Below, one piece after another: positions 57,901 through 64,000 of a stretch of 64,000 bases of DNA. The translations under genes were made by a program, and so were the position numbers. The notes under the pieces are model-generated. The model ran no database searches, was not told the origin of the DNA, and saw only the letters and a list, made by a program, of their open reading frames with translations. The stretch's first letter is position 1, and each line of letters starts with the position of its first letter. This DNA comes from Eledone cirrhosa. Its lineage: Eukaryota. Where the stretch lies: NCBI GenBank assembly GCA_964016885.1, contig OZ024740.1, positions 376,464,001 to 376,528,000 on the forward strand. The letters run 5' to 3'.

Positions 57901-58622
57901 GTTGAAGCACCATATTTACAAGGAGGAGGCTAGCCCACTGTGCAGGATCTGTGGAGAGAGAGAGGAGACTGTGGCTCACATTGTGTCCGAGTGTAAACAC
58001 CTAACCCAGACCCACTATAAGGGCTGGAGACACGATGTGATGGGCAGGGTGATCCACTGGCACCTGTGCAAAGTAAACAATTTACCACATTCTGAGAAAT
58101 GGTATGAGCATAGGCCAGAGGCGGTGATGGAGAACAATCAGATGAAGGTGCTGTGGGATTTTAGGATACAGACGGACAAAAAACTGGAACACAATAGACC
58201 TGACCTGGTGGTTGTGGACAAAGAAAAAAGATCGTGTCTGATTGTGGTTGTGGCCTGCCCGTTCGACACGAGAGTGCAAGAGAAGGAGAGGGAGAAAATT
58301 AACCGATACCAGGACCTAAAGTGGGAGGTGAAAAGGATTTGGAACTGCCATGAAGTCAAAGTGATCCCGATTGTCATAGGCGCACTGGGGACTATCTCCA
58401 AAAGTTTCCAGGGATGGTTGAAGAAAATCGGCCCCTTCACGCTTTTTGGAACGCTTCAAAAGGCATGCTTGCTTGGAACAGCAAGAACCCTCCGATACGT
58501 CCTGAATATCTGAGGCTGCAGGTAGTGGCTTGATATTCATTCCAACGGACTTTCCAGTTAACCAACATCAATGACTGAGATTCAAGGAATAACAACAATA
58601 ATAATAATAATAATAATAATAT
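54950..58622 (+). mobile_element. R4/Dong-clade non-LTR retrotransposon ending in (TAA)n
   Basis: Single long ORF with RT, CCHC and RLE; 3' end followed by (AAT)n. The 5' boundary is uncertain; another (TAA)n lies at 54003-54050. Confidence 0.88.
55130..58513 (+). pseudogene. RT-CCHC-restriction-like endonuclease ORF with two frameshifts (near 56400 and 57255)
   Basis: WKSPGPDG, YRPITCL, WIDYRKAFDMVPH, GIFQGDSLSPLLF, HLLFMDDLKL, CRICGEREETVAHIVSEC, RHD, RPDLVV, LQKACLLGTA. The usual acidic residue before VACPFD is Val. Confidence 0.92.
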
Positions 58623-58755
58623 TAAATGTATTTAAATATATATTAAATATATATTAAATATATTAATAATAACATTCGATTCTTTTCTTCTTTTATATAT
58701 ATATATATATATACACACAGATAAATCTACCAATCAATGGTAGGGTCTAAACCGT

Positions 58756-58888
58756 TTATTTCTGAAGACGGCGGGTAGTGAAGGCGTATGTATATTTTCT
58801 TACTATGATATTTTGTAATATATTTTACATAGATCAATAATAGAATGGACATACGAGGAACTACCCCCCAGAAACGATCGTAAAATAA
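58756..58888 (+). ncRNA. Long-stem-II hammerhead, homologue of 2703-2857
   Basis: TTATTT-CTGAAGA-CGGC-GGGTAGT...ACTACCC-CCCA-GAAAC-GATC-GTA-AAATAA. Confidence 0.72.
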
Positions 58889-58937
58889 TGAGTTTTACTA
58901 TGAATTAACCGTTTTTTGTTTAATTTCATTGTTTTAA

Positions 58938-58969
<32 letters not shown>

Positions 58970-58972
58970 AAT

Positions 58973-59050
<78 letters not shown>

Positions 59051-59164
59051 GAAGAAGGGCTTATGCCCAAAACGCCCCCCCCCCCCCGCCCACACACTCT
59101 CAAGAACGTGAAACTAATAAACCTTTGCTTGTACTGCCTCTCTGTTTTGTTCCCGTTCCATTTT

Positions 59165-59223
<59 letters not shown>

Positions 59224-62200
59224 ATCTATCTATATATCTCTGTATATATATCTACCTATCTTTAGATCTATTTGTCTACTTAACTTATTTTTCCATTTGT
59301 CTCAATATCTATATGTGTGTCTATTTTTGATCTAACTACCTATCGCTAATTTTTTAACATATTTATATACACTCAATACGTTATGACCCATACCTGTAAT
59401 TTGTAATTGGTATCATTTATGAAACTTAAAACGTTGTTACAGTCCACTTAACTATATTGCGTATAGTGTCCCTTTTGTAGGCTGTTGTATACATCAAAGA
59501 TTATTTCGATTTAAGGCTTGAGCATATTCGTTTATCTGCAAATACCATCTATAATAATCTTCTTCCTTTAAATATGCTGACGATTATCTATTTCATTCAC
59601 AATGTTTCAAAAGGAAGTTTGAGGCCTAATATTGCATCAAATTGATTTGCATAGTGTAAGCCGACTATATTCTCTATATTCTATATTTAACGAACGCTAT
59701 TGAAATCCTCAAGTTGATTGCCATCGATTCTACACATTCATCTCAGACTTCACTGTCTTAAATAAATATTACCGCATCAGAGAAAATTATTGTGTCGATT
59801 TCGTTTCACATGTCGTGATTCAAGCCTTTGTTAACTCGAAAGTAATACTACTCAAAAATGTACAAATATAGATTCTAATGGTGCAAAACACTGCCCAATG
59901 TTAACTTCAATTGATAAACTTACAAGTGATGGTTCTAATGTTGACATACCAACCATTATGCGGAGATATCCAACGGCCGTGAAGAGGCAAACCCATCTCC
60001 ACTTCAGCTACATTTTGAAATTGTTTATATTCTCGAACAGGCAAACACATCTTCTCTGTAGCAACATTTTCAAATTGTTTATATTCCCCGACCTAATGTC
60101 TTTCAGAATAGGCTAATGAAACTAACCGCCAACATCGGCATTCGTCCACGCGATCTGCTCATGCAAACACTCTATAGAATGAGAGAGTGTTTTCTCCCCA
60201 AAATACACTGCCCAACTGGGAAAATAAAATGCATATGTATCAGTATTGCATATGTCAGGTGCCCGAACTCGATTAGTGTTTGACGTAGAATTGCATGCCA
60301 AAAAAAGACTAAAGTCGGAAGAATGTGTCTCACAAATGCGGTAACTCACAAATGTGTCTCACAAATGTGTCTCATATAGATGTTCACCGTTGTGTTTTCC
60401 AAGAATCTCTAGAGTGGTCGCAACGTAAATGCATATCCGTGCATAATTAGTGACGGTATTTGAAGATAGCAATTTGACCAGCCGAATTATTTCCCGCAAC
60501 ATCAAATGAAAAGGTATATGTTTAATCTGGTCAGTAACGTACTGTGGTCGACTTAATCGACTTTCCCCTCCCCTCAAATTGTTGGCCTTCTGCCTAAATC
60601 ATAAACCATTAATATCTAAGTTTAATGACACTATGGATGCAGACGTGTTTAAAATACTTCCTTGGATACAGGGTTATATTTTTAAGATTATAGTATTAAC
60701 TACAAAAGACTAATTTCACAATAATTTTGTCGCACTTAAATTCGTATTAATTGTTAGCTAAAAAAAATAAAATAAAATAAACACGTTCCCGTATTGTCCC
60801 AGGGTCCGAATATAATTTTGTAATTTATATTGATAAATGCGCAATAATATTTTATCATGTTTTTTGTAAACCACGTTTTACCAGTTTATCGCTTGATACT
60901 TAACTTTGACGTTGTTATTTTAAATGTCTGTCACCATAAATTATAAATAGAAGTGGCTTGTTGATATGTGTAACGAATAAGTGAAATTGTTGGTATGATG
61001 GTTTCAATGCAAAGAATAATACCAGGATTGTGTTGTTACAATGTTTATCTTATTATAATAATATTCAATTTGAATATTGAATGATAAAATCTATAACATT
61101 AAATATTCGTACAATAAGTAGGTGGCTCTTCGAGCCACGTAAATACAAGTATCATAGAATACGATTATAATATAATTGTATTGTATCTGAAAGATACAAT
61201 CTGACAAACAGAAATGGTGCGTGTAAAATTGCAAACAGTGTGAACTTACTATGTGTGCGTGTGTGCGTATTAATATACTTTCTTGTTTTAGCAGTAGTAG
61301 TAATCAATCAGCCAGGCGGGAAAGGCGTGTGAGAAATTAGTAGACAGACGTTTTTCGTGAAGGGAAATTTGACAGCGTGGGTGAAATACCTACGTTCTTG
61401 TCTGTGGTATCACTTTCTCTGCCGAGCGTAAACAACCCTTGTATTTACAACGGCTGAAGTTAGAAGGATGGATATATCATCTCACCTCTTTTCTACTCGG
61501 CGTAAACAACCTCTGACCTGTGTTTAGCATCTCCCAAGGGGTTAGTCTGTCGGGCACAAACAACTAACCACGGCTTGTCCCAGAGGCGGGAAAGCTCAGA
61601 TTGGTTTCAAATCTTCGCCGCCGTTATATATGTAATTTCGTCTTTATCACATTGCAGACACAATCATAAATAATTTAATCGTCAATCCATCAAAAGTACA
61701 AATCATGGTATGAGTATCGTTCTTTTCACCTTCAGAATAACTAAATATACCGAGTAAAAGAAGAGTACCTCATAGGTTCATCATACAGTAATAAATAATA
61801 AATAACAGAAATATATAAGAATTTGAATATTTTAGGGAAATATCGCGAGTTCCAGGAAACATATGATAATATCTGTCAGCAACAATTGTCTATCTGTCCA
61901 ATGTCTTTTAATTGGGATTGAGGAAGATACGGAAATGTTTATTTCTTCGACTTAAAGATAAAAACTGAGGTGTAATCGGGATGTAAGAAATGAGGGATGA
62001 CAGAAAGGCAGAGTATGAAATTGAAGAAAACCGTAACAAGAAAGCGAAGATCGAACACACCAATGACTAAAGCCGAGTAGAATGGAGAAGTAACATCTAC
62101 GTCAAGAATGGAAAGAAAAATAGTATAAAGAACGTCTGCAGTCAGAGCACCTTTTAAGAATATTTAAATAGAAGTCATTTATGGAAAAGTGTTTTAATAA

Positions 62201-63249
62201 ACCAAAGGAAAAACATCCTAAAATTCTTTAGTGTAGATATAAATAGAAATGCTCATTGAAAGCCTCTCATATAAAGACCCATACAAATAAATTTGCCGGT
62301 GATTTGAAGGGATATACGCATTCATATAAGTAAGCCTATAAACGTACTTGCAAAAAATACATAAAATAAATACAGTATACACATGCTTGATTAAGTAGAG
62401 TGAGCGTGAGAAATTAAATCCGAATCAAAAGAAATTTACGTACATATTCAATGATTTGCAACGGTGTGGTTTCCGCAACATGGATTAGATTTTCCTTGTG
62501 TTTACAGCGGTCCATACCATCCATAAACACAATTTTGCTATGATCATCTTCAGATGTGAAATTCACGTAGATATATTTATTTCATCCATAAATTATTCAT
62601 AGTAGAAATCTGCTCTTCATGCATCCTTTAAAACAACTAGCTGAAACTCTGTAAAGTCCAACTTAAGCTGACCATACTTTAGCTAGTAGCTAGGAATCAA
62701 TTTTCTGCCATATAATAATATCCATTAGAATATTAAAATCATACAGTGAATTACTTCAAATTATAGAACATTAGAAGTTTACATATCCGCAACGTTTCCG
62801 ACTTGAAAGAAAAGAATCATTAAATACACCCCCAGCCTTTGTTATATTCCTCAATACGTTCAACACTCTGATTCAACCTGCACGTCTCACACCGTGCTAT
62901 AACTATATATAGATGATCACTGACTACAATCTCAAGATAGAATCAGATTTCAGCTTTTATTAGTGGCGGTCGCCTATTATGTTCGCTTGTATGTAATACG
63001 GACAAATATAAGTGAAGGCAACTTCCATTAAACATTTCAGCTGGATAAAAATAAGGCAGGTATTTATTAATGCATACATCATGTTCATGGTATAATATGA
63101 GCTGATCGCCATAACACCTTCCAGAAAATATCTGACCAGATTCAAAGTATATTAGATTATAACTTTTAAAATCAACTTATTCTATCAAAGCATGTTGATA
63201 ATATGCATTCACTTGTTGTTTTTATTTATATATATATACTTCGTTTTGT

Positions 63250-64000
63250 TAAATGTAATTTTAAACATCAGTGCTGCAAAAACGGAGACACTCGTCCTCG
63301 CAAGGAAGCCTGGGCAGTGTAAGCTACATATGAATCGAGTTCCACTGAATCAAGCTTTGAAGTTCACGTATCGAGTGATGGAAGGCAGGAGGCCTAATTA
63401 GATGAACGAATTGCAGGATCTGGTGAAGCAATGCGCCAGCTTCAACATTCGGTAATCAGAAGAAGGGAGGTAGGTGTAAAAGCGAAACTCGCTATCTTCA
63501 ATTTAGTATTCGTGCCTACTCTTATTTATGGTCATGAATTTTGGGTATTGACCGAATGAATACGATCACGAATGGAAGCGGCGGAAATGGGGTTCCTCCG
63601 AAGGATACCTGGAGTAACATAACTCGATAAGAGCGTAGCTCGGACATCAGAGATTCACTCCAGATAGAACCACCACCTCTCCGAAATCAGAAATCACAAC
63701 TCCGATACTATGATCATGTGTCTCAGTAAACAATCACTGAACAGATTCTCCAGGCAACACCAACCGGCAGGAGACTCGAAGGTTGACACCGAGCAATATG
63801 GTTGAATAACACATCCATGATCTTGGTTGGTCTCTCTCGGATATCCAACTGAATCAGTTGGAGACAGTTGCTTCTGACAGAACCCACTGGTAGGAGCGTT
63901 TGAGGACTCTTCCTTCATGACTTTCTAAATATGTGAAGAAGAAGAAGAAGAAGAAGAAGAAGAAGAAGAAGAAGAAGAAGAAGAAGAAGAAGAAGAAGAA
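63250..64000 (+). pseudogene. Decayed RTE-clade LINE 3' part with (GAA)n tail
   Basis: LNISAAKTETLVL, VFVPTLIYGHEFWVLT, MEAAEMGFLRRIPG; (GAA)n from 63935. Confidence 0.8.

Overview
AT-rich eukaryotic DNA, probably from an octopod cephalopod; this assignment rests on recalled similarity of a tRNA-SINE and is unverified. No intact host gene is evident. The window is a mosaic of (TA)n/(TG)n microsatellites occupied by transposons. There are seven ORF-bearing Penelope-like element (PLE; RT + GIY-YIG) insertions from at least six families and about ten short non-coding palindromic PLE-end derivatives. Also present are a 472-nt tandem hammerhead-ribozyme retrozyme-like repeat at two loci, a near-complete R4/Dong-type non-LTR element plus a remnant, L1/Tx1 and RTE remnants, a deleted mariner, a pogo-like non-autonomous element and two SINEs. 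The strongest signal is a shared architecture of the PLE-type insertions. Each is a fold-back with both 3' ends facing outward into (TA)n; typically only one arm carries a 3' tail and the other stops at an internal TA-rich point. Most carry a type I hammerhead, several with non-canonical cores (U3-A8, C4, A4). All RNA folds were done by eye.
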